Assembly: GCF_009914755.1 (NCBI RefSeq)
Contig: NC_060925.1
Strand: one strand, 5' to 3'
From: the human T2T-CHM13v2.0 reference genome, Homo sapiens
Length of the DNA stretch: 64,000 nucleotides
Part shown: positions 1 to 12,835 of the stretch, piece after piece
Layout: each line of letters opens with the position of its first letter
How positions within the stretch are numbered: the stretch's first letter is position 1
Notes under the pieces: model-generated
The model's database searches: none
The model's input: only the letters and a program-made list of their open reading frames with translations
What the model was told of the DNA's origin: nothing
Made by a program: the position numbers and the translations under genes

Positions 1-327
1 CCTAGTCTTAAGTAAACATATCCCAGCATTTTCCAGGTTTAGCATTAGAAGAAGCCTTTTAGCTGAGGAGGGGGGTGGGAGAGGATGAATTAATTCTCTT
101 CTCTAAATCACCTTCCCCTTGGAGTCTATCTATAGTCCTGCTGCCATTTCCATGCTGCCCTCCCCCACCACTACCCTCCATTCCCCCATCCCCATCAAGG
201 GGTTCTGTTAATTCTCTAACACTTGAGCCAAAGAATGAGCCCAACCCATTTTGGGGGTTGCCCTAAGCATAGCTGAGGTAGTCTGAACTTACAAAGAGAC
301 TTTACTGAAACAGAGGTAAGAGAAAAG

Positions 328-550
328 GCAGTAGAATGTAGTGGAGCAATCTGAACTTTGAAATCAGAAAAATCGGGGTTTAAATCTCAGCTCTACTGCC
401 CATTAGCTGTGCAGATCTGACTAAGTCACTTGTCTTGTTAAGTTTTCTCATTTGTTGGATATGGAGACAAAATTAGGGCATTTGATACAATTAAATAAGA
501 GCATAAGGCATCTACCTCAGATCTTTGCACACAGTAGGCACTGGTGTTCA
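328..550 (+). mobile_element. MIR SINE
   Basis: gtagaatgtagtgga...gggtttaaatctcagctctactg...cacacagtaggcact resembles the MIR consensus. Confidence 0.7.
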
Positions 551-712
551 TAAAACATAAAAAAAAGTTTGATTTAGAAAGCATGGGTTTATGGTCAATC
601 ATTCAAAAAACATTTCCCGAGCCACCTTATCTGTGCCAGACTCTAAATTAAGTGTTGGGACAGAAACAAACAAGAAATGGTCCTTACCCTGCAGGAAATA
701 ATTTTTAATGGG

Positions 713-1158
713 TGTTATGGGTTTCACTGTGTCCCTACAAAGATATGTTGCAGTCCTAACCCCCAGAATTTGTTAATGTGACTTTATTTGGAATCAAGGT
801 CTTTGCAGATATAATCAAGTTAACATGAGGTCATTAGGCTGGGCCCTAGTTCAACATGACTTGTGTCTTATAAGATGAGAAAAATACCATATGAAGACAG
901 AGACACATAGGAGGAATGCCATGTGATGATAGAGGCAGAGATTGAAGTAATGCAGCTGCAAGCAAACTAAGGAACACCAAAGGATCAATGGCCACCAACA
1001 GACACTAGATAAAGACAAGGAAGGATTCTACCCAGAATCTCAGTGGGAGCATGGCTCTGCAAACACCTTGATTTTGGACTTGTATCAACAACAGTGAGAA
1101 AATAAATTCATGTTGTTTTAAGTGACCCAGTTTGTGGCATCCCTAGGAAACCAATAGA
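713..1158 (+). mobile_element. MaLR solo LTR, MLT1C-like
   Basis: Starts tgttatggg, contains gtctttgcagatataatcaagtt, caccttgattttggactt and aataaa, ends ggaaaccaataga; flanks atggg/attgg (4/5 TSD). Confidence 0.85.
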
Positions 1159-3099
1159 ATTGGGAGATATGCAAGGGAGCAAATGCAATAATTCCAACAG
1201 AATAAATGATGTAACACTTAATGAGTTCCCTGAGCTGTGCCTATTACATTTATTAAATTATGTAATCTTGGTTAAGCCAGGAAATCTTGTGAGCCTCGAT
1301 ATTCATGGAGGTATGTGTAAGTAGAAGTAGTTTGTCCAAGAAAAAGACAGGCAGTCCATGTCTGCCTGAGGAAGCTGGGGAAGGTTTTCTAAAAAGGATA
1401 GTTGGAGCTGATACCTCAAGGATGAGTAGAAGCTTAGCAGGTGTGGGAAAGAGCAGAGGGAAAGACACCACTCAGGCTAGAGAGCCTAGTGTAGAAGCAG
1501 AAAAGTGTGAACTAGTTTTTAAATTTTTAGAAAACTACAAATATTTAAGCATTGCTGGAGTATGGTGCTGATATTCATCAGCCTTCTAGATCCCTTCTTC
1601 ACCTTGATGTCCCACAGACACCTCCTATTCAAAATATCCCAAATTGAACCAGACCGCTCTTTCTACCCCCATTCACACTCCATATATGTTCTCCTTTTGC
1701 ATTCTCTGACTTGGTGAATGGCCCCACTACCTACCCATGTAGCCCAGCTAAAAGTCTCTAAGTGTCCACATGACGAACTCTTGGAAATTGACTTCCTTTT
1801 TATATCCAATTTACACAATCATTTTTGAGCTTTACTGTCTCTGGTTCTGATGGCTTCTCACTTGGCACAAGCTCTGAACTCTCCAGCTGTGTCTCTAGGC
1901 CATATTCCTTCCAGCTAAGCCTCTCTGCCAGATAATTAATGATCTATAAACAAATGCTTAATTGTACTAGGGGAGCACATATTTAAAGAAACTTTATGAT
2001 AAAGCAAAGGATCCTTTTCATAACATGAAGAGCATCTCTCTCACAAACTCCCCCAGCCTCAGTTTAACATTTAGCCTGACTTTTCATTTCACATATTAAA
2101 TCTAAAGCTCTCTTATAGCAGCGCCCCAAAAATAAAAGAAAAAAATCACCTAAGAGACAGATGGTATATCCTAAGGTTTATCCATGTCAGGTACTTCCTG
2201 AAATACCTCTCTTCTCTCTAAGTCCAGCCCCTTTGGCCCTCAGACTCAAGACTTTGGCACCTGCTGGGAGGAAGAAAACTTCAGCTCCTGGCAAGAAGGG
2301 GAAGGAGATGTGAATTTATTAAGAATGTAATATATGCCTGGCTCTTTTATTTATGTTCTCTCATTTTACTCTTCACAACAACTCCACGGACTGTTGCCAC
2401 CCATTGATAAACAAAAAAGTTAGGTACCTTACACAAGGTAGTAGGAGCTTATAAAGGGGAATGACTGACATTGAAGGGGTATCTGAATTAAATATAATAA
2501 CATTATTATCTCTAAGCACACTCTTTCAAGCTGTTTAGGTTATCTAGTCAGCCTCAATGCCTTTTCAAAGCGGGTATAAAGTCATCAGTTAGAGAATATG
2601 CCTGGCCATGCTGATTCCTCAAGAGTGGGCCAGGCACATCGACCCTGGTGGTCAAGAAGCCCCATTGGAAACTTTTCTGTTTGTCGCTGCTTTGGGGATC
2701 TACCCTTGTGCTGGGAGCCAGGGTTAGGTGCTGTTGGAGGAGGGGCCAATCCAGCCACATAGGCACTTCAGAGAGGAAGCACCTTGGCTGGGATCTGAAA
2801 TTGAGCCCTCTCTAGGGAGTTTGAAAAGGTGGTTTTTGTGCAATTCTTAATGTCCTGGCTGTTTCAGAAAGAGGAAGCACAGCAACATTTTTAGAACAGT
2901 TAGTGGGGTGTGACAAAACCCAGAGACTGTACCCACAGGAACTTTCTCCCTGCTCATTTGTTTCAGAAAACATTTGGTATTCAAGGAGCACCTGCCCCAT
3001 TCCAGGCCCTATGCTCTCCCACTGGATCTTCAACCTCTTATCTTTGGCAGGCTCCTTCCTATATGCACTTACACATGCCCAAGCCTTTCCCAGCTTCAA

Positions 3100-4130
3100 A
3101 AAGCAACAATGGCCACCTCAAAACCCTCACTCATCCCTGCCTCTCCTTCAATTACTACCTTCTCTCCTCCTCTGGGAAAGCAGAAGTTTTTGGAAGAAAG
3201 TGCTATGCATAGTTATTATAAACATCCACTCACCTCCCATTCACTCCTCAACCCCACTGCAGTCTAGCCTTTGCCTCTACCGAACCTACTCTCCAAAGTC
3301 ACCAATGACTAACTGATTCTAGGACACTTTGCCTCATTTGGTCTCTCAGGAGCATTCACACTGTTGACCTTGCCTTTTTCCAGAAAATGTTTTTCCTCTT
3401 AATTTCAGTAATCTTTAAGTTCTTTTGACCTCTTTGATAATCTTCAGTCTCCATGTAGGCTCCACTTCCTTGACCCCCATTTCAGATGTCAATATTCCTC
3501 AGAATTTTACTGTAGGCCTTCTGGACTTTTTCATTCTGTGTATGAACACACCTAGTGCAGACTTCTATTCTGAACTCCAGTTACATAGGCATACAGCTGC
3601 TTACTAGACATACCAACTTTAAGGTCTTAATGGCATCTCAAATATTTCAAATCCATCTCTTCAAACTTTTGAGAAGCCTGCTTCTCCTGAACTGTTTCCT
3701 ATTTTAGTAAAGAGTACTATCATCCACCCAAAGATCAGGTTAGAAACCAGTGAGTCATTCTTGACTCCTACTGTCCTCTCACCTCTTAGTCATCAACTCC
3801 CATGGATTCTGCACCATATATATCTTTCAAATCTATTTCACTTCTTCTCCACTATATCCTAGTTCAATTTTTATTTCCCTGCTGTAAATCTTACCCCTTC
3901 CCAATGCATTCCCTAAACCAGAATGATCATGCTCAAATGCAAATTTGATCATGTTACTCCTCAGAAAAGACTTTCCAAAAGCTTCTCATCTATCTTTGGA
4001 TAAAGTCCCACCTGATTTTAATCCTATACAATCTCTACCCCCTACCAACTCTCTGGGCTCAACTCATGCTACGTATTCCCTTATTCTCTTTGCTTCAGTC
4101 AAACTGGCTGCCACCTTGTTCTTCTCTTTT
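3100..4130 (+). mobile_element. L2 LINE fragment
   Basis: ctctccaaagtcaccaatgac, catctcaaa, gagtcattcttgactcc and other L2 ORF2 3'-region motifs. Confidence 0.75.
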
Positions 4131-4182
4131 TCCTCCCCCTCCCCCTTTTCCTCAACCCCTTCTTTTCCTTTTTCTTTTTTCT

Positions 4183-4780
<598 letters not shown>

Positions 4781-4784
4781 AACT

Positions 4785-5150
4785 GGCCTTATTCTGGTGC
4801 CTTCAGTGGGTCAACTTCCTTTTACTTATAGGTATTCACATAGCTGTTCCCTCTACTTGTAACATTTTCCCCTAATACCATTCATTTGTCCAATTACTAT
4901 TTATTTTTCAGGTCTCAAATTAAACATTAATTCTCAGAAATACTTTTTCTAACCCTACACTTGGTTAGGATGCTTGTTCTCTGTTCCACTAGCACCCAAC
5001 ACTTCTTCTCTCCCATGAAGGCACCTATTTTCTCACCTCTGCATTAATATTATTCTGCATGAAGGCAGAGGTTATGTGTGGCTTGTTTACTTCTATATCT
5101 CCAATATCTAGCACAGTACTTACAACTATGGAATTCCTCAATTAAAATAG
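4785..5150 (+). mobile_element. L2 3' end
   Basis: tcaggtctcaaattaaacat...ctatatctccaatatctagcacagtac; continues the L2 upstream of the L1MC. Confidence 0.65.
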
Positions 5151-6346
5151 GTAGGAACAGTAAACTCATAAAAACTGATGAATCTAGTGGAGCTCTTTCC
5201 TTTAAGGAGCTCCCAGTCATAAAACAGGCCACTCTCAGTGTATTGAATTAGTATTGTCTTGGAAGGAAGCACTGGAGGTTGTGGGGATCCAGAGTATCCA
5301 TTTTCTCCCCAGCTTCTAAATATACATAGTTGGGCACAGCCAGGACAAGAAGAATCCTTGAGTACCCACGTTCATCTGCCCAGAACCCTTCAGCACAGTT
5401 TAGCAGGTCAGGTAAGTGGAGCATAGACTGTGGTTACGAGTCTAAAGACATGATTTCAAAGATCTCAGCTGGTTAATTTTCTCAGCTCTGTAACCATAGA
5501 CAGAAAGCAATCTTGGTTACAGATTGGGTCCCACACTATGAATCCTGATCTTGACCACAGAATGCCCCTGATCAAGGCACAGATCTTAACACCATCCAAC
5601 CATGTGATAAGTATAGCATCTTCCACAAGAAGAACAGGTAAGGTAAAGGTAAACCTCCATAGTGGGAAAACAGCAGCCTACTCTGACACAGGAAAGCAGA
5701 ACTTGAATCATATGTCCTTCTAGGGGTCAATGATATGCACACCCTAAGAAAAGAAATATAATTATTGAGTCTTGAAGACTTAAACCTGGAAGGACCCTTA
5801 AAGGCAATATGCACCCTTACGTGAAGTTTGATGGTGTAGAGAATAGAAACTCAGCTTACTGAATATAGTAGTAAAATGTTAACCTTTCATATCTAGCTTC
5901 AGACCCAAAAACCCTTGTTCCCATTTCAGAATCCTTTCTAATTAATTTTACCAAAGCATAATGACTTTCTTTTATTTTAATAGTTTTTGGGGAACAGGTG
6001 GTTTTTGGTTACATGGATAAGTTCTTTAGTGGTGATTTCTGAGATTTTGGTGCACCCACCACCTGGGAAGTGTACACTGTACCTAATATGTAGTGTTTTA
6101 TCCCTCACCCCCATCCTACCCTTTCTCCCAAGTCCCCATAATCCATTATATCATTCTTATGCTTTTGCATCCTCATAGCTTAGCTCCCACTTATAAGTGA
6201 GAACATACAATGTTTGATTTTCCTTTCCTGAGTTACTTCACTTAGAATAATGGTCTCCAGCTCCATCCAGGTTGCTGTCAATGCCATTATTTTGTTCCTT
6301 TTTGTGGAGAGTAGTATTCCATAGTGCATGTATATACCACATTATC

Positions 6347-6587
6347 TTTTTTTTTTGAGACGGAGTCTCACTATGTTGCCCAGGCTGGAGTACAGTGGCA
6401 CAATCTCGGCTCACTGCAACCTTCGCCACCTGGGTTTAAGCAATTTCCAGCTAATTTTTGTATTTTTAGTAGAGATGGGGTTTCACCATGTTGGCCAGGC
6501 TGGACTTGAACTCTTGACCTCAAGTGATATGCCCACCTCAGCCTCCCGAAGTGTTAGGATTACAGGCGTGAGCCACTGCACCCGGCC
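6347..6587 (-). mobile_element. AluS with ~50-bp right-arm deletion, nested in L1PB
   Basis: gggtttaagcaattt joined directly to ccagctaatttttg; TSD atataccacatt at 6332-6343 and 6589-6600. Confidence 0.93.
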
Positions 6588-7983
6588 CATATACCACATT
6601 TTCTTTATCCACTCATTGGTTGATGAGAATTTAGGCTGGTTCCATATTTTTGCAATTGCAAATTGTGCTGCTATAAACGTGTGTGCAAGTGTCTTTTTCA
6701 TATAATGAGTTCTTTTTCTCTGGGTAAGATACCCAGTAATAGGATTGCTGGATCAAATGGTAGTTCTACTTTTACTTCTTTAAGGACTCTCCATACTGTT
6801 TTCCAGAGTGGTTGCACTAGTTTACATTCCCACAAGCAATGTAAAAGTGTCCTCTTTTTACCACATCCATGCCAACATCTATTATTTTTTAATTTTTAAA
6901 TTATGGCCATTCTTGCAGGAGTAAGGTGGTATCTCATTGTGGCTTTGATTTGCGTTTCCCTGATAATTAGTGATGTTGAGCATTTTTTCATGTTTGTTGG
7001 CCATTTCTATATCTTCTTTTGAGAATTGTCTATTCATGTCCTTAGCCTACTTTTTGATGGGATTATTATTTTTTTTCTTGCTGATTTGTCTGAGTTTCTT
7101 GTAGATTCTGGATATTAGTCCTTTGTCGGATGCATAGTTTGTGAAGATTTTCTCCCACTCTGTGGGTTTTCTGTTTATTCTGCTGATTATTTCTTTTGCT
7201 GTGTAGAAGCCTTTTAGTTTAATTACATCCCATCCATTTATCTTTGCTTTTATTGCATTGCTTTTGTTTTTGTTGAATTTGCTTTGTTTTGTTGCATTTG
7301 CTTTCCTGATCATGAACTCTTTGCCTAAGCCACTGTCTAGAAGAATTTTTCTGATGTCATCTTCCAGAATTTTTATGGTTTTAGGTTACTTAGGTTTAAA
7401 TCTTTGATCTATTTTGAGTTGATTTTTGTATAAGGTGAGAGATGAAGATCCAGTTTCATTCTTCTACATGTGGCTTGCCAATTATTCCAGCACCATTTGT
7501 TGGATAGGGTGTCCTTTCCCCACCCACTTTATGTTCTTGTTCGCTTTGTCAAAGATCAGTTGGCTATAAGTTTTTGGCTTTATTTCTGGGTCCTCTATTC
7601 TGTTTCAATAGTCTATATGCCTATTTTTATATCAGTACCATGCTGTACCACGTAACTATAGCCTTGTAGTATAGTTTGAAGTCTGGTAATGTGATGCCTC
7701 CAGATTTGTTTTTTGCTTAGTCTTGCTTTGACTACGCAGGCTCTTTTTTGGTTCCATATGAATTTTAGGATTGTTTTTTCTAGGTCTGTGAAGAATGATG
7801 ATGGTATTTTGATGGGAATTGCATTGAATTTATAGATTGCTTTTGGCAGCATGGTCATTTTTACAATAGTGATTCTACCCATCCATTAACATGGGATGTG
7901 TTTCCATTTGTTTGTTTCATCTGTGATTTCTTTCAGCAGTGTTTTGTAGTTTTCCTTGCAGAGATATTCCTAAGTATTTTATT

Positions 7984-8889
7984 TTATTTTCCAGCTGTTG
8001 TAAAAGGGGTTGAGTTCTTTATGTGATTCTCAGATTCGTTGTTGTTGGTGTATAGCAGTGCTACTGATCTCTGTGCATTGATTTTGTATCCTGAAACTTT
8101 AGTGAATTCATTTATCAGATCTAGGTGCTTTCTGGATGAGTCTTTAGGGTTTTTTAGGTGTACAATCACATCATTGGCAAACAGTGACAGTTTAACTCCC
8201 TCTTTACTGATTTGGATGCCTTTTATTTCTTTCTCTTTTCTGATTGCTCTGGCTGGGACTACTAATACTATGTTGAATAGAAGCAGTGAAAGTGGGTATC
8301 CTTGTCTTGTTCTAGTTCTCAGGGGGAATGCTTTCAACTTTTCCCTGTTCAGTATAAATGTTGGCTGTGGGTTTGTCATAGATAGCTTTTATTATGTTGA
8401 GATATGACACTTCTATGCTGATTTTGCTGAGGGTTTTAATCATAAAGAGATGCTGGATTTTTTCAAATGCTTTTTTGTGTCTATTGAGATGATCATGTGA
8501 TTTTATTTGTCTTTAATTCTGCTTATGTGATGTATCACATTTATCGACTTGCATATGTTAAACTATCCCCACATCCCTGGTATGAAACCTACTTGACCAT
8601 GATGTATTGTCTTTTTGATATGCTGTTGGATTCAGTTAGCTAGTGTTTTGCTGAGGATTTTTCCATCTATGTTCATCAGAGATATTGGTCTACTGTTTTC
8701 TTTGTTTGTTATATCCTTTCCTGGTTTTGGTATTAGGGTGATACTGGCTTCATAGAATGATTTAGGGAGGATTCCCTCTTTTTGTATCTTTTGGAATAGT
8801 TTCAGTAGGATTGGTACCAATTCTTCTTTGAATGCCTGATAGAAATCAGCTGTGAATCCATCTGGTCCTGGACATTTTTTTGTTGGCAA
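7984..8889 (-). pseudogene. Disrupted L1 ORF2 reverse transcriptase region
   Basis: [42 protein letters not shown] (degenerate FADD), SGYKIN; broken into separate ORFs. Confidence 0.9.
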
Positions 8890-10729
8890 TTTTAAAAATT
8901 ATTGTTTCAATCTCACCATTTGTTATCGGTCTGTTCAGAGTTTCTGTTTCTTCCTGGTTTAATGTAGGAGGGTTGTATATTTCCAGGAATTTATCCATCT
9001 CCTCTAGGTTTTCTAGTTTTTTATGTAAAGGTGCTCATAGTAGCCTTGAATGATCTTTGGTATTTCTCTGATATCCATCGTAATAGCTCCTGTTTCATTT
9101 CTAATTGAGCTTATTTGGATCATCTCTGTTCTTTCCTTGGTTAATCTCACTAATGGTCTATCGATTTTGTTTATCCTTTCAAAGAACCAGCTTTTTGTTT
9201 CATTTATCTGTTTTGTTTGTTTGTTTCAATGTCATTTAGTTCTGATCTTTGTTATTTCTTTTCTTCTGCTGGTTTTACATTTGGTTTGTTCTTGTTTCTC
9301 TAGTTCCTTGAGGTGTGTGGTTAGATTGTCTATTTGTGCTATTTCAGACTTTTTGATGTGGGCATTTAATGCTATGAACTTTCCTCATAGCACCACTTTT
9401 GCTGTATCCCAGAGGTTTTGATAGCTTGTGTCACTATTATCATTCAGTTCAAATAATTTTTAGTTTCTATCTTTATTTCATTGCTTACCCAAAATCATTC
9501 TGTTTCATGAGAGCATCAGCTGTGGTAGCAGAAGGGGGACGTAAGCTTGCCCTAATACTTGGCCAGGATAAGTATTCAGGTTTCTCAGGCAATGAATGCA
9601 TAAGGCCATAAAGCTCCCAAGAGTTTGTGTCTTTTGTGTTCAGCTGCCAGGGCACGTAGAGAAAAAACATCAGGTTGGGGTAGGGTTAGGGGGGTCTGAG
9701 CTCAGACTCTTTTTGGGAGGGGCTTGCTGTGGCCGCTGTGGGGCATGGGGGAGGGTGGTTCTCAGGCCAATGCAGTTATGTTCCAAGGGGGATTATGGCT
9801 GCCTCTGCTGCATCATACAGGTTTCCAGGGAAGTAGGGGGAAAGCTGGCAGTGACAGGCTTCACCCAGCTCCCACACAGCCAGCAAGGCCAATCTGACTC
9901 CACTGTGCCCCACTAACAGCAGCACCAAATTTATATCCAGGCAGCCCACGTGCAGGGCTTGAACCTTGCCCCAGGCTACAAGCCTCCTCACTGAGAAAGC
10001 AAGTGTGGCTTTCTGGCCTTGCCCCTCCCTGCCTGCCCACACCGTTGGCTGCAGCTCCTGCACTTGTATCTACAGCCATTCCCATTTACCTCTTGGGTTC
10101 TGCTCAAGAAAATTTATGTTCAGTCGAAATTATTACAAAGTTTAGTTGGAATCTTCTTTCACCTTGTGACCCCTCCCTAGTTTCTCTGGCTGCCTTCCCC
10201 AAAGACCCCTGTGAGATAAAGTCAGGGATGGCTTCCCTGGGCTTCAGCTGGAGACTGAGAGTGCCTACAGGGCTTTTCCCATAGTTTTTTCTACTTTAAT
10301 ATCTTGCTCAGCTGCCTAAATCCATTTCAGCTCTAGGTAAGGTTAAATCCTTCTTCTGTGTTCTGGATTTTCAGGTTCCCCAGTGGGGATGTGTGTTTAT
10401 AGGTAGGTTTTCCCCTCTCACACTTTGAGAGCTTGCAGTTTTTTGGCTGTCTTGTGAAGTTTACAATGGCAAGCCGCTTCCTCCACAGGATCTATGAACT
10501 CTTTTGGTCTTCTTTGCATGTTTTTGCAGTGGTTCTTGGAGCAAAAGTTCACAGTGTGAGTCTCCACATGCTGTTCTGGCCGGGAGCTGCACGTTTGTTA
10601 GTCCTGTCTTCCATCCGCCATTTCTCACTCTGGCCTTGCATCCATAATAACTTTTTTTTTTTTTTGACTTCAAAACATCAAACTAAAGACATCCCTTGGT
10701 CTCCAGCTGGCACTTTCTAACATCGTCTT

Positions 10730-11260
10730 CCCCACCAGCCAGAGTAACCTAATTAAAGCACAAAATGAGCTATGTTAATTTCCTGCTTAAAACCCTTCAC
10801 TGGCTTCCTATCAGTTGATAGAAAGTTTCAGGATGGAGGCCAGGCTCCTTTGTCTCCAGATCTCGTCTCCCTGCTTCCTCTCTGTCCTTACCACTTGCTT
10901 CTCCTTATATTCTACTTTCTTGAACACACCATGCTTTTTTATGCCTTATGTTGAAGCTGTGCCCATTCCCAGCATGGATTTCTCACTGATTTTTGCCTGG
11001 CTAAGTCTTTCTTAACCTTCAAGAGTCACCTTAGCCATTATCTCTCCCAGGGAGCCTTCCAGGAAAAATTAGGTTGGGATAATGCCCCTCACCCTGCCAT
11101 ATGTCTATGCCTACCCCATCATGTCATTTAGAACCTTCAATTGGGACATCTTATTTATCAGTCTGGGCTTCTGGGGACAGAAATTGCATTTTAATCATTC
11201 CTTTCCTCTCAGTGTCCAGCATAGGACCTGGTACATTGGAAGCTCTTGGTGAACTCTGAT
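10730..11260 (+). mobile_element. L2 3' fragment
   Basis: ctgcttaaaacccttcactggcttcc...cagtgtccagcataggacctggtaca. Confidence 0.7.
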
Positions 11261-12584
11261 GTAAAAAGAGAGCAATTCTATGATTAACTTTCATTGAAAA
11301 TTAACTGTATGTACTAGGAAGTATGCTGGGGGCTTCACATGCATAATGTCATTTCATTCTCCTAATAGCACTGGACCACTCAGCATGCTTAACAAAGCCC
11401 TCCCCATCAGAGTATACCACAGGTTCCAATGTCTATGCTCCCAGTAATATCCAGAGCCTGTCTCTAGGCCCTGCCTCTGGCACCACCCTCCATTATAACA
11501 CATGGCCTATGGACTCATGTCTTGTCTTTTAATTTCACTTCATACTTGAACTTACATTTCTACCTGACCCATTCAAGTGGCATTCAGGGTTAGGCTGTGT
11601 CTATTTTTCTGTTTTATTTCCACCATAGACCTCTGGTTCCAACCCTCAGCATCAGGCTCTGCAGTCTGCATGCCTAACCTGATCCACCCCAGGAACAGTG
11701 AAGGCTCCAGACTCTCAGTACCAACCCGGGACTATAGGTCCTTGAGTATCTGAGAGAAAAGAGCCGGCTAATGTGAGCTTGATTATTCCCACTAGTGAAG
11801 ACAAGGAAGCTAAGTCAAGTAATGTGCCCAAGGTCACATGGCTTGGTTTCTGCCCAATGCCAAGACCCAGACATAGCATCTCCTCTTGTGTAGAGGACAC
11901 CCTCCCTCTTCTTTCAAACAGCTCTTGAAGGCCCACTTATTTGTCCATCTCACACCTTGGTTATGAGCTCTATAGGCAGGGGCTGTTATCCAGCACTGTC
12001 CTTCAGTGCCCAGCCCAAGTCTGGCATTGAAAAGAGCCTTGGGAAAGGCCAGGTAAAGGGACAAATGAATGTAGAGCTCAAGCTTACACCAATCTCCCTC
12101 TGCCTACAGTGGATGTTCTGCCCTTCCTCTACTGCTATTTCCAAAGGCACTTGGAGTTCTCTTTTGCATTTGTTTTGGCATCAAAGGAGGAAAGCTATCA
12201 AATGCATTTTCCTGTCAATTTTTCTTTGTAATTGATAATAAATCCCTCTGTAAAGAAATATATACCCTGGACATCTTAAGGAAGGCAAGTCATGGTATAA
12301 TGGTTTAAACAAAGGAATTACAAAATTCTGGGGAAGGTACAGATCTGTAACTCACTAAGGTCTGAGGTAAAATTTTCTGAGGCTATGAAAAGAGGAAGTG
12401 CTTTGTCATTAGACAAAACTGGGTTAAAATCTTGGCTCTGCCTCTCAGGACCTGCAGACCTTGGGAGAGAAACTTGAGAGTATCCTATGCTTTACCCTCT
12501 TTCTTGCCCACTCTTGCCAATCTTTCAAAAAGTTCTGCCAGTTTCACTATCTGAATGGTTCTTCTCCAATCTCTGCTACAATTG

Positions 12585-12835
12585 TGAGCTAGTCTGGTGG
12601 TTAAGCACTTAGGCTCTGGAATAATATTGTCTAGACTTGAATCAAAGTTTTCTTAGTATGTCATTTTGTCATTTTGGATACTTTGCTTAACCTCTCAACA
12701 TCTCAGTTTCCTCATCTATAAAATGGAGATTAAAAATCTTAGATTATTAACAAGATTTTAAAAAATCCCAAAAAGTGATAGCATAATCCTGGCCCAGAGT
12801 AGAAGCTCACAAACACTAGCTCTTATTATTATTTA
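12585..12835 (+). mobile_element. MIR SINE
   Basis: ggtggttaagcacttaggctctgga...cttaacctctc...ctcagtttcctcatctataaaatgg. Confidence 0.8.

Larger units (their letters stand above)
5969..10626 (-). mobile_element. L1PB (L1PB1-like 3' end, L1PBa-like 5' UTR) with large internal deletion
   Basis: 3' UTR at ~5970-6300; ORF2 remnants (ORFs 7047-7313, 7613-7882, 7984-8379, 8632-8889); 5' UTR 9501-10626; candidate TSD cataat(g/a)acttt at 5957-5968 and 10643-10654. Confidence 0.92.

Noticed and set aside
2812-3316. Four overlapping ORFs (three plus-strand frames and one minus-strand)
   Set aside because: They partly overlap pyrimidine-rich L2 sequence that is poor in stop codons, and show no recognisable protein or exon structure.
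9501-10626. Relatively GC-rich block as a host gene promoter
   Set aside because: It is the decayed L1PB 5' UTR with most CpGs lost.
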